A DNA stretch of 64,000 nucleotides from Waterburya sp. Its GTDB lineage: Bacteria > Cyanobacteriota > Cyanobacteriia > Cyanobacteriales > Xenococcaceae. This document shows positions 1 to 9,148 of the stretch, in pieces. The notes beneath the pieces are model-generated. The model was not told the origin of the DNA. It worked only from the letters and a program-made list of their open reading frames with translations, and did no database searches. The stretch lies in contig CBDCJV010000002.1 of NCBI GenBank assembly GCA_965217895.1, positions 4,128,001 to 4,192,000 of the forward strand, read 5' to 3'. Each line of letters opens with the position of its first letter. Position 1 is the stretch's first letter. The translations under genes were made by a program, and so were the position numbers.

Positions 1-76
1 AGGTATTAGCCTCAACAATTTTACCGACAATATCATCGCTAATATTTTCAAAGGGTTTTAATTCCGAATCAGACAT
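1..76 (-). CDS. 5' end of a gene truncated by the window edge, probably the chemoreceptor (MCP) of the taxis operon
   Basis: ATG at 76 with AGGA upstream; open frame MSDSELKPFENISDDIVGKIVEANT runs off the edge; position after cheW fits the PatA-CheY-CheW-MCP order. Confidence 0.5.
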   Translation of the reverse strand, partial: MSDSELKPFENISDDIVGKIVEANT

Positions 77-135
77 AGTATTTTTCCTAGTAATTAAAAT
101 ATATAGTTCGACCAACGTTTACAGCTTTACTGTAA

Positions 136-615
136 TTAGGCAGACACCAAACTTGATTGTTGATGTAGCTGCTGCAATAGATTGGCAGGGTTTAAAATAT
201 AAGTGTTTTTAGTTTCTGTAATGACACTGGCAGAACAACAGCTTTTTAAGTTAGATGATATGTTCTCGGAGATTTCTTCATGTTGAGCCTTTAAAGAGGT
301 AATGCCGATTAGCTGCTGCGTTACTAATGCTATCTGTCTTGAGCTTTTGGCTGGATCGTGCTTGAGAACTACAGCCGTTAGCTTTCTGGTCAACTTGTCT
401 TGCTTATTAGCTAAATGAAAATAGCGATCGCTATCTAAAACCCAAAGCAAAGAACCTTTAAAATTTACTACCCCATACCAAAAAGCAGCTACCCCTGGAA
501 CTGGGCAGATATTATTTACTTCTAACTGTATTACCGCGCCCATATTTGCTAAGGGAATTCCTAGGTTTATTTTTGGGGCTAACTGAACGCTAAAATATTC
601 TTGATTCATCAACAC
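136..615 (-). CDS. cheW: CheW-family coupling protein
   Basis: ICPVPGV..WYGVVNFKGSLLWVLD CheW motif; operon context. Confidence 0.85.
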   Translation of the reverse strand: MLMNQEYFSVQLAPKINLGIPLANMGAVIQLEVNNICPVPGVAAFWYGVVNFKGSLLWVLDSDRYFHLANKQDKLTRKLTAVVLKHDPAKSSRQIALVTQQLIGITSLKAQHEEISENISSNLKSCCSASVITETKNTYILNPANLLQQLHQQSSLVSA

Positions 616-665
616 AAAGTAAATTTAAATCTACCTACACACACACAAAGTAAAACAAGTCTGCT

Positions 666-1031
666 TTAGCTAGCAAACTGATTCACTTTATCAACTAAAT
701 TTTGGGGAATATAAGGTTTGGTAATATATTCATTTCCACCTTGACGCATTGCCCAAAAGCGATCAAATTCTTCAGCTTTAGAGCTACAAAATAAGATGGG
801 AATCTCTTTCCATTCATCACGTTCTCTAATTTTGCGACAAAGATCTAAGCCACTTTCGCCTGGCATAACAATGTCCAACAGAATCAAATTAGGACTAGAA
901 TTATTGTTGAGCCATTCCCAAGCTGCTTCTGCACTCGCGGCAACAGCAACGTTAAAACCAGCATGAGACAACAAAGCAGAACTCATTTGTCTTTCAGCGT
1001 GGGTATCTTCAACAATTAATATGGTTTTCAT
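666..1031 (-). CDS. Single-domain CheY-like response regulator
   Basis: Receiver motifs ILIVED, LLDIVMP, YITKP; FWAMRQG typical of cyanobacterial taxis CheYs. Confidence 0.9.
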   Translation of the reverse strand: MKTILIVEDTHAERQMSSALLSHAGFNVAVAASAEAAWEWLNNNSSPNLILLDIVMPGESGLDLCRKIRERDEWKEIPILFCSSKAEEFDRFWAMRQGGNEYITKPYIPQNLVDKVNQFAS

Positions 1032-1115
1032 AATATTTAGGTGATTTTTTGCAGGTTATGTAAAAGATTGGTAATTGGGCTGATATTATAATTCCCAAAA
1101 TAATGCTTGAAATAT

Positions 1116-1265
1116 CATTGAACATTGAACATTGAACATTGCGAGACAAAACCGTTGCGAGGGTTCCCCCCGTTGAGATTATTGTCGAGGGTGAACATTA
1201 AACATTTCATTAGAAGTAGGCAGTTAAGACAATTTTCTTTAACTACTAACTACTAACTACTAACT
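1116..1265. repeat. Heptamer tandem repeats (CATTGAA and TAACTAC types) interrupted by a ~52-bp GC-rich element at 1141-1192
   Basis: cattgaa x3 at 1116-1140, resumes after 1192; taactac x3 at ~1240-1265. Confidence 0.75.
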
Positions 1266-2477
1266 TCATTGAACGACAGGCACAACGGATTTTTCTAAAG
1301 CTTTAGCTAACTGAATTAATTTGTTGGGGTCACAAGGCTTGGTTAAATAATCGGTTGCTCCAGCTAACTTAGCTCTAACCCGATCGATCATTCCGTCTCT
1401 ACCAGTTAGCATAACGATGGGAATTTCCTTGAATTTTTGTGATTTTCTCAGGAGACTACATAAGTCATAGCCATTCATATTTGGCATATTGATATCCATA
1501 AAAATTACCGCAGGTTGATGAGGAGATAATTCTTTTAAGGCGGTAGTTGGATCGTGGATACTAATAACTCGATAATTAGCTGCTTCTAAAGTCATTTTCA
1601 CCTGTCTTTGTACTGTTTTACTGTCATCAATACAGACAATTAAAGTTTGAGCAGCATTACTATCAGCAGGGGATGATTGATTAATATTATCTTGTTGGCT
1701 AGCAGTTTGCTTTTGTATTTCATTAACAGCAGCTTCATCAAAAGGTAACAAATCAACAATTTTTTCTTCAATCGATTCTTCAAGATTTTTAGCTAAGAAA
1801 TAAGTATCGACTTTGGCTTTTGTTGCTATTTCATATAGATTGCTTTTGGCAACGAATAAGCTGACAAAAGAAGAAAGTTTTTGAGAGTTTGCCAAAATCT
1901 CAAATTCAGGTTTGGTGAACAGCACTTTCCATATTTTGTAGAACCTCAAGGCGTTTTTCTGATCTAGATATAGCCTGCTAATAGGAGAATGAAAATATTT
2001 TCTTACCTGTTGCCAAGCTTGTATCTGCTCTTTTACCTGCTCGTGAAAGTAGAGCTTTTTCAGTTCAAAACTAATAATTGATTTATTGATCCGTTTAGCT
2101 GGCTTTAATTCAATACTGGTGTTTTCGATGCTTAAAACATTAATCAACCCCTCTTTAACAAACATAAAAAGCAGCTTTTTGATATCTGCTTCTGACAATT
2201 GTTTATCAATTAGGTGTTGACACAACAAAGAATACTCGGAAACTTTTTGTCTCGATAAATCAGGAAAGCTAGAACCAAGCTTTAACTTTTGCCACAGATA
2301 ATTTAAGCGAGTTTGCTGTTCGACATTGGTACTTATATATTGAATTTTTCCCTGTAGCAGATATATATGCCAGCAAACAGAAGCATCCTTTGGTTCAGTT
2401 ACTTCAATACAACCAGACCAAGTTTCTTTTGATTTGGCATTGATAACTTGTAGAGGACTTTGAAGATGGTTGTTCAT
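1266..2477 (-). CDS. PatA-family response regulator (N-terminal PATAN-like region, C-terminal receiver)
   Basis: C-terminal CIDDS..FMDINMP..YLTKP receiver; first gene of the taxis operon. Confidence 0.85.
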   Translation of the reverse strand: MNNHLQSPLQVINAKSKETWSGCIEVTEPKDASVCWHIYLLQGKIQYISTNVEQQTRLNYLWQKLKLGSSFPDLSRQKVSEYSLLCQHLIDKQLSEADIKKLLFMFVKEGLINVLSIENTSIELKPAKRINKSIISFELKKLYFHEQVKEQIQAWQQVRKYFHSPISRLYLDQKNALRFYKIWKVLFTKPEFEILANSQKLSSFVSLFVAKSNLYEIATKAKVDTYFLAKNLEESIEEKIVDLLPFDEAAVNEIQKQTASQQDNINQSSPADSNAAQTLIVCIDDSKTVQRQVKMTLEAANYRVISIHDPTTALKELSPHQPAVIFMDINMPNMNGYDLCSLLRKSQKFKEIPIVMLTGRDGMIDRVRAKLAGATDYLTKPCDPNKLIQLAKALEKSVVPVVQ

Positions 2478-2623
2478 AATCTTGCTAAAAATTAACTGTT
2501 AAGGGAAGCTAGCTAAAAAGAAATTAAAATTAGATGGTCTGGCTGTACTTTTTTTATAGTTCCCAAAAACTTTAGGAAAATTCATGTTTTAATGATTCGA
2601 ATTTGGGATCGAGATAAAACTAC

Positions 2624-4000
2624 ATGGCTTTAATTATTGCTGGCGATCGCTCTGGAGTAGGCAAAACTACTGTAACCCTTGCCATACTTGCCTTTCTTAC
2701 CCAACAGGGAAATAGAGTTCAGTCATTTAAGGTAGGGCCAGATTATATAGATCCGATGTTTCACTTCTCGGCTACAGGGATACCCTGTCGTAACTTAGAT
2801 CCTGTTTTGACTTCCCCTAAGTATGTTCAAGATTGTTTTAAGCGTCATACCCAAAATGCTAATTGTGTAGTGATAGAAGGGGTGATGGGGTTATTTGATG
2901 GTATCCGTAACCTGGATGGTACTGATTTCTTAAATGACTATGGTAGTACCGCTCATGTTGCTAGAATACTCAATCTGCCTGTAGCCTTGGTTTTAGACTG
3001 TTCTCGCTTATCTAGTTCGATCGCGGCGATCGCTTTTGGCTATGCTAACCTTGACCCAAAAGTAACTATTGCAGGAGTAATTCTCAATAAGGTAGCAAGC
3101 GATCGCCATTTAGAGCTACTAGAAACAGCACTAAAAACAATTGAGATGCCAATTTTAGGAGTCATTAGACGTAATGCGGAAATTACCCTTGGCGATCGAC
3201 ATTTGGGTCTTATTCCCTCCTCAGAAATACCTAATCTTAAAAGCGTTTTCTCTCAATTAGCTGAACTAGCCAAAACTTTAGACTGGGATAAACTATTCCC
3301 CTTACTCAAGTCGCCACCTCGCCACCTTGTCACCTCGCCATCTTGCCATCTCGCCACCTCGCAAAGTCCTGTAAGAATTGCGATCGCCAAAGATAAAGCC
3401 TTCAATTTTTATTACCAAGACAACTTAGATCTTCTAAAAGAACTAGGTGCAGAATTAACCTTTTGGAGTCCTTTAGAAGATCGCCACATTCCTAGTAACG
3501 TTCAAGGATTATACTTTGGCGGTGGATTTCCAGAGATTTTTGCTCAGCAGCTTGCAGAAAATAAGACAGTAAGACAAGAGTTAAAACAGATAATTCAAGC
3601 TGGCATACCTACCTACGCTGAGTGTGGCGGTTTAATGTATCTTTGCCAACAGTTAATCGATTTAAATGAAAAAGCTTGGTCAATGGTAGGCGTAATACCT
3701 AGTTGTGTCACCATGAAGGCAAAATTGACTTTGGGCTATCGGCAGGCAACGGCGTTACAAAATAGTTCTATTGCAACCAGCCAGCAAGTAGTTCGAGGAC
3801 ATGAGTTTCATCATTCTCAACTTACTGCTGTTTCCCCTACTCCTCAGTGGCAGTTAAAAGGTTTTCACAACTCTAGCCCTCAGCTTACAGAAGGTTGGAA
3901 CATTCAGCAGTTACACGCTTCTTATCTACATCTTCATTGGGGTGAATACAAATTTTTGGCGCAAAGATTTAGCCAACGTTGCCGAAATTATAAAATTTAG
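2624..4000 (+). CDS. cbiA: Cobyrinate a,c-diamide synthase
   Basis: SGVGKTT P-loop, FKVGPDYIDP, IEGVMGLFDG, YAECGGLMYL, GHEFH glutaminase motifs. Confidence 0.95.
   Translation: MALIIAGDRSGVGKTTVTLAILAFLTQQGNRVQSFKVGPDYIDPMFHFSATGIPCRNLDPVLTSPKYVQDCFKRHTQNANCVVIEGVMGLFDGIRNLDGTDFLNDYGSTAHVARILNLPVALVLDCSRLSSSIAAIAFGYANLDPKVTIAGVILNKVASDRHLELLETALKTIEMPILGVIRRNAEITLGDRHLGLIPSSEIPNLKSVFSQLAELAKTLDWDKLFPLLKSPPRHLVTSPSCHLATSQSPVRIAIAKDKAFNFYYQDNLDLLKELGAELTFWSPLEDRHIPSNVQGLYFGGGFPEIFAQQLAENKTVRQELKQIIQAGIPTYAECGGLMYLCQQLIDLNEKAWSMVGVIPSCVTMKAKLTLGYRQATALQNSSIATSQQVVRGHEFHHSQLTAVSPTPQWQLKGFHNSSPQLTEGWNIQQLHASYLHLHWGEYKFLAQRFSQRCRNYKI
3311..3358 (+). repeat. Six degenerate octamers (TYGYCAYC), in frame inside cbiA
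   Basis: tcgccacc tcgccacc ttgtcacc tcgccatc ttgccatc tcgccacc = 48 bp. Confidence 0.85.
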
Positions 4001-4048
4001 CTATATTAATTTGAGATACGAAATTTATTAATAACCATTTAGGGATAC

Positions 4049-4300
4049 AGGAGGTGATGCCCATGACAGAACACAGTAGTAACATGGGTCTCCTAGTTGA
4101 TGATAGCCAGCTGCGCGCTGGGGCTGTTCTCTAAACAGTCGCATCTTTAGTTTCTGCGGAAACAGCTAGGTAGACATTGTTGGAGTTCCTTCCAGCAGTT
4201 AGGTTTCGACTAAGAGACCCTCTAGACCGCCCCTACAGGTAAGTAGCCATAGCAACGTTTGTTGTTAACCGTTATCGACCTGTGGGGGCGGATAGTTTTT
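4049..4300 (+). ncRNA. Candidate structured RNA or leader containing a 23-codon ORF (4063-4134)
   Basis: GC-rich island with several stems, perfect SD AGGAGGTGA and a terminal 14-bp stem 4227-4240/4278-4291. Confidence 0.5.
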
Positions 4301-4414
4301 GGATAGATTTTTATTCAAACCGACTCGGATGTTTATGTTATGAACTTGCTCGCAAGTTGCTACAGTTGCTACATTAGATAGAGAGGAATTAGGTGTGTTT
4401 GAGGAGTTAAAGTA

Positions 4415-5431
4415 ATGGCAATTCAGCTACAACAGGCAATGACGGTCGGAAAGTATTTAGTTACCCAACGTCTTAGGGGACGTAAACATTTTCCTCTGGT
4501 ATTAATGCTAGAGCCTTTATTTCGCTGTAATTTGGCTTGCTCAGGCTGTGGCAAGATTCAGCATCCTACGGAAATATTGAAGCAGAATCTAACTCCAGAA
4601 CAATGTTTTGCTGCGGTAGCAGAATGTGGCGCGCCAGTAGTTTCCATTCCTGGAGGAGAGCCTTTACTGCACCCTCAAATTGATGAGATTGTCAGCGGGT
4701 TGGTACGGCGTAAGAAATTTGTTTATCTCTGTACCAATGGTATTTTGCTAGAGAAAAGCTTGAGCAAGTTTAAGCCTTCGCCTTACCTGACTTTTAGCGT
4801 GCATTTAGATGGGTTAGAAGAACAACATGACAAGTGTGTCGATCGCCAGGGAGTATTTGCTAAAGCGATCGCTGCTATTAAAGCTGCTAAACAACAAGGC
4901 TTTAGAGTCACTACCAACACCACAGTATTTGAAGGTGCCGATCCACAAGAGATGCAGGAGTTTTTTGATTATCTTGATACTCTTAATCTCGATGGGATGA
5001 TGGTTTCTCCTGGCTATAGCTATGAGTGGGCTCCCGATCAGGAAGGTTTCCTACAGCGAGAGCAAACTAAAGCCTTATTTAAAGAAATCTTATCTCCCTG
5101 GAAATCTGGCAAAAAGAAATGGAATTTCAATCATAATCCTTTGTTTTTAGAGTTTTTGATGGGCGACCAAGACTTTGACTGTACTCCTTGGGGTAGTCCT
5201 AGCTACAGCGTTTTGGGCTGGCAAAAACCCTGTTACCTTTTGAATGAAGGTCATTTTTCCAGCTATAAAGAGCTAATTGAACAGACTCAGTGGAGTAATT
5301 ACGGCAAAAAAAGCGGTAATCCTCAATGTCAAGACTGTATGGTGCATTGTGGCTATGAACCAACCGCAGCTACAGCAGCTATGCAGCCTGAAAATATGGG
5401 CAAAGCGATCGGCGCATTGTTTGGAGGTTAG
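4415..5431 (+). CDS. hpnH: Hopanoid biosynthesis radical SAM protein (adenosylhopane synthase)
   Basis: [19 protein letters not shown]xxxCxx[20 protein letters not shown]. Confidence 0.95.
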   Translation: MAIQLQQAMTVGKYLVTQRLRGRKHFPLVLMLEPLFRCNLACSGCGKIQHPTEILKQNLTPEQCFAAVAECGAPVVSIPGGEPLLHPQIDEIVSGLVRRKKFVYLCTNGILLEKSLSKFKPSPYLTFSVHLDGLEEQHDKCVDRQGVFAKAIAAIKAAKQQGFRVTTNTTVFEGADPQEMQEFFDYLDTLNLDGMMVSPGYSYEWAPDQEGFLQREQTKALFKEILSPWKSGKKKWNFNHNPLFLEFLMGDQDFDCTPWGSPSYSVLGWQKPCYLLNEGHFSSYKELIEQTQWSNYGKKSGNPQCQDCMVHCGYEPTAATAAMQPENMGKAIGALFGG

Positions 5432-5451
5432 TTTCTACTGCCTTTAACAAC

Positions 5452-5568
5452 TATAGTCATTTCAAATAAAAACCATACAATTATGTAAGGGCGAACGATC
5501 GTTCGCCCTCACGATAAAATTGCTTTGCGCAATACCTAAATACGCGGAAGCTAATTGAAATGACTATA
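5452..5568. mobile_element. MITE-like element enclosing a REP-like palindrome
   Basis: Perfect 14-bp terminal IR TATAGTCATTTCAA/TTGAAATGACTATA; internal perfect 22-bp palindrome at 5488-5509. Confidence 0.65.
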
Positions 5569-5820
5569 AAATATAGATTATGCTTCTTTGGCAAGCTTTC
5601 TAGTTACTAATCTTTCAACAGCGATCGCTGAAATACTTATCCAATCTAACTACTCATAATGTTTCGAGCTACTAGGTCTTTCCCTTCTAGATTTTTCAGC
5701 GCAAAAATAACTTCTTTTGGCTATTGGATAAGTTTTTTTTGTACTTCTTTTTTGATCGGTTTTTTCCTGTTCTAGCTTTTCTGTTAGTCCAATACCACAG
5801 TCAGGTTAAATAATAAGAAA

Positions 5821-6792
5821 TCATTTTATTAATCCTATTTCTCGCAGACGCTCAGTTAAAAATTCGCCAGCAGTAATGTCTGCAAATCGTTTAGGGTTGT
5901 GTTCATCAATGCAGTCAGTCAGGCAGGTAAGATCCATCTCCGAAATTGGGTGCATAAAAAAAGGAATGGAGTAACGGGGAGTATGCAATAGTTCTTTTGG
6001 CGGATTAACTACCCGATGAACAGTTGATTTTAATTTGTTGTTGGTAAGTCGTTCTAACATATCGCCAACGTTTACCACTATTTGATCGGGTAAAGCCGTT
6101 ACCCAAATCCATTTGCCATCTTTGCGCAATATTTGCAAACCTTCTGCACTTGCGCCCATCAAGAGAGTAATTAGATTAATATCACCGTGGGCTGCTGCAC
6201 GAACTGCGCCATCTGGAACTTCTTGGGGATTGGCTATAGGAAAGTAATGAATAGCACGGAGAATGCTATTACCCAATCTTACTCGATCGTCAAAATAAAA
6301 CTCATTTAATTTTAGATAAATTGCGATCGCTCTAAGAATCTTCAACCCTGCTGTTTCTAAAGTTCGGTAGGCTTCTACGGTCGCTGTGGCAAATTCAGGT
6401 ACTTCTTGGGGAAATATATTAGCAGGATAACCTAAGCTAGATCTATCTGCTGCGGCAATTTCTTGTCCTACGTGGTAAAACTCTTTCAAGTCTCCAACAT
6501 TTCTACCTTTGGCGTGTTCTTTGCCTTTAGCGGTATATCCTCGTTGCCCTCCCAATCCTTTGATTTGATAATTTAATTTAATCGTTTCTGGTAAAGCAAA
6601 AAACTGTTCGACTGCACTATATAAGCTGGCTGTTAACTCTTCAGATAAGCCATGGTTCTTTACCGCCACAAAGCCAATATTTTGGTAAGCTTCACCCAAG
6701 GTTTGAACAAACTTTTGTTTGCGTTCAGGATTATTAGCAGTAAAGTCGTTTAGATCTATAGAAGGTACTTCATCGTATAAAATTTCGCTCAT
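5821..6792 (-). CDS. 2-oxoglutarate/Fe(II) dioxygenase, isopenicillin N synthase-like family
   Basis: GFVAVKNHG, HGD...H facial triad (AAAHGDINLITLL, STVHRV), RYS motif. Confidence 0.9.
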   Translation of the reverse strand: MSEILYDEVPSIDLNDFTANNPERKQKFVQTLGEAYQNIGFVAVKNHGLSEELTASLYSAVEQFFALPETIKLNYQIKGLGGQRGYTAKGKEHAKGRNVGDLKEFYHVGQEIAAADRSSLGYPANIFPQEVPEFATATVEAYRTLETAGLKILRAIAIYLKLNEFYFDDRVRLGNSILRAIHYFPIANPQEVPDGAVRAAAHGDINLITLLMGASAEGLQILRKDGKWIWVTALPDQIVVNVGDMLERLTNNKLKSTVHRVVNPPKELLHTPRYSIPFFMHPISEMDLTCLTDCIDEHNPKRFADITAGEFLTERLREIGLIK

Positions 6793-6830
6793 AGGTTTTT
6801 TAATTCATACTAGACGTATATCCTCATCCT

Positions 6831-8363
6831 TTAATTAACGCTTCTAATTGCCTCTAATAACCCCCTGGCTTTATTTAAAGTTTCTTGATATTCAGTTTCA
6901 GGCACGGAGTCAGCTACCATTCCTGCCCCTGATTGTACCGAAACCATACACTGATTTTCTTTGTAGGGACGAACAATCATGGTGCGGATAGTAATAGCAG
7001 TATTTAGCTGTCCTTCAAAATCATAGTAACCATAAACTCCAGAATAGGGTCCGCGTCTTTCGGATTCAAGTTCATTGATAATTTCCATAGCGCGAATCTT
7101 GGGCGCGCCACTCACTGTACCTGCAGGAAAACAGGCTTTTAATAAGTCCCAGGCTGTTTTATCAGGTTCTAGTTCACCAATAACATTGCTGACAATGTGC
7201 ATTACATGAGAATAACGTTCGATTACCATTAGTTCATTAACGGTAATGCTGCCTTTAACACAGACACGACCAAGATCGTTTCTGCCTAAGTCTACTAGCA
7301 TGATGTGTTCGGCGACTTCTTTGGGATCTTCTAAAAGATCCTTAGCATAAGCTTCATCTTGGGCTTTGGTTTTGCCACGGGGGCGAGTTCCGGCAATGGG
7401 TCTAAGGGTAGCTTCAATTTTGCCATCGCTTCTAACATCTGCCTTAACCATTACTTCTGGAGATGAACCAATTAGCTGCCAATCGCCAAACTGATAGTAA
7501 CCCATGTAGGGAGAAGGATTAATTAGGCGCAGAGAGCGATACAAGTTGAAAGGATGACCTTTATAAACGGTGGAAAGCTTTTGAGATAAGACAACTTGAA
7601 AAATATCTCCTTTGTAGATATAGTCTTTGGCTTTGGAGACGTTTTCACAGAAAGCTTGCTTATCGGTATTGCTACAGTACACCAGCCCAGAATCAGGACT
7701 ACTGCGACTATCTAAAGATTTCCATTCGAGAGATTTTGCTTCTATAGGCAGAGGTAGCTGTAGCTTGAGCATTAATTTTGTAACGCGATCGCTCGCATTC
7801 TGATATGCTTCTTCTAGGCTAACATCGGCATCTCGTAAGTCCGCATAGGAGATTGCCCAAATCTTGCGTTTTACCTGGTCAAAAATAATTAGATTATCTA
7901 CCTGCATCCAAACTCCATCAGGTAAATCATCCTCTTGGGGGGAATTGACGGGTACACGTGGTTCAATCCAATTGATCAATTCATAGCCCCACACGCCAAA
8001 TAAACCGCCAATACCAGGGGGAAGTTGTGGCAACTTAACTGGTTTGATCGAGGTTAAACAGCGATCGCTAATTTCAAAGGGATTACCTGTATACTCTTTA
8101 ACCGAATTATCTCGATGAGTCTGGATAGTTTTGTTGCCTCTAGCTTCTAGTACCCACATAGGATCGCAGCCCAAAAAGCTATAGCGACCTATTTTTTCTT
8201 CTCCTTCTACAGACTCTAAAAGAAAATTATAGGGTTGACCTGCACATACTTTGTACCAAGCGGACACGGGAGTCTCTAAGTCAGCAACTAATTCTTGATA
8301 TACAGGTATAAAATTACCTTGCTGTGCTAGTTCGGTAAATTGAGCGAAGTTGGGAAAGATCAT
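6831..8363 (-). CDS. trpE: Anthranilate synthase component I
   Basis: FLLESV, GDIFQVVLSQ, NPSPYM, AEHIMLVDLGRND, PAGTVSGAPK. Confidence 0.97.
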   Translation of the reverse strand: MIFPNFAQFTELAQQGNFIPVYQELVADLETPVSAWYKVCAGQPYNFLLESVEGEEKIGRYSFLGCDPMWVLEARGNKTIQTHRDNSVKEYTGNPFEISDRCLTSIKPVKLPQLPPGIGGLFGVWGYELINWIEPRVPVNSPQEDDLPDGVWMQVDNLIIFDQVKRKIWAISYADLRDADVSLEEAYQNASDRVTKLMLKLQLPLPIEAKSLEWKSLDSRSSPDSGLVYCSNTDKQAFCENVSKAKDYIYKGDIFQVVLSQKLSTVYKGHPFNLYRSLRLINPSPYMGYYQFGDWQLIGSSPEVMVKADVRSDGKIEATLRPIAGTRPRGKTKAQDEAYAKDLLEDPKEVAEHIMLVDLGRNDLGRVCVKGSITVNELMVIERYSHVMHIVSNVIGELEPDKTAWDLLKACFPAGTVSGAPKIRAMEIINELESERRGPYSGVYGYYDFEGQLNTAITIRTMIVRPYKENQCMVSVQSGAGMVADSVPETEYQETLNKARGLLEAIRSVN

Positions 8364-8370
8364 GTTTTTG

Positions 8371-8402
8371 AAGGATGAGGAATGAGGGATGAAGGATGAG
8401 GA
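8371..8402. repeat. Heptamer tandem repeat (GGATGAG-like)
   Basis: aaggatg aggaatg agggatg aaggatg; the same unit recurs at ~20671-20687. Confidence 0.7.
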
Positions 8403-8525
8403 AACAGCTATTTAATCCTTCCTTTAAAAATTTCTCCATAGAAACTAATAACCTCCAAAAAAAAGGAGGACAAGTTTAGAAATATAAATCTATACTTTGC
8501 CCTTCCTAATTTTATCTGCTTTTTT

Positions 8526-8957
8526 TTAAACTTCGTAGGTTGCTTTCCCAGAGAATTTAATAGTAGCTGGTTGAGGATTTTGACCGATTGTACGGTCTTT
8601 TATGCCGTTATATTCTCGACCTTCATTTACTTTTTCGGGGAACACGCCATCTGCGGGGTGCAGATATTGAATTTCACCACTAGGGAAAACGCGATAAATT
8701 TTATAGTCTTGAATTCTCGGCTTAAAAGTCCGTAGCTGCGCGCCCAATGCTAAACACTGTTCTTTGCGCGCTAAATAAAGTAGGTTTTCACCTTCGTTCA
8801 TTATTGCTGCGCCACCAGTAGGCATTTCAAATACTTGTTCCTTGCTACTTGTCCAAGTAATAGCGTACTTTTCTTCTACTTCTGCTTTGGTTAATAAACC
8901 ACCTGTGCTGCCGCCAAACTTGGGGGTTTTACCTGAAAGCTTTATATCTTCTGCCAT
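8526..8957 (-). CDS. psaD: Photosystem I subunit II; start taken at ATG 8957
   Basis: [49 protein letters not shown]. Confidence 0.98.
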   Translation of the reverse strand: MAEDIKLSGKTPKFGGSTGGLLTKAEVEEKYAITWTSSKEQVFEMPTGGAAIMNEGENLLYLARKEQCLALGAQLRTFKPRIQDYKIYRVFPSGEIQYLHPADGVFPEKVNEGREYNGIKDRTIGQNPQPATIKFSGKATYEV

Positions 8958-9026
8958 GTTAAAAAAAATCCTCAATTTAAAGGTATTTACGGCATCCTAT
9001 CATTCTGTTCAAGACAATATTGTGAG

Positions 9027-9044
9027 TATGTCAAAAACTGTAAC
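9027..9044 (-). promoter_or_regulatory. HLR1 (RpaB-binding) direct repeat upstream of psaD
   Basis: Minus strand GTTACAGT-TT-TTGACATA with 10-bp period; candidate -10 TAGGAT at 8994-8999. Confidence 0.6.
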
Positions 9045-9148
9045 AGTTTTTAGCAACGCTAACTCGCAGCGCGAAGAAGCGTTACGGAGTTATGCCCCCT
9101 TGAGCTGACTAAGTAAGCAGCACTCTGTCCCATTTTTGAGTGTTTAAG

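Noticed and set aside
4120..4210. tmRNA-like words GGGGCTG and GGTTTCGAC
   Set aside because: They are about 75 nt apart rather than adjacent, and no tRNA-like 3' end with CCA is visible.
5575..5815. Possible decayed gene on the minus strand
   Set aside because: Short broken frames with no family I can recognise.
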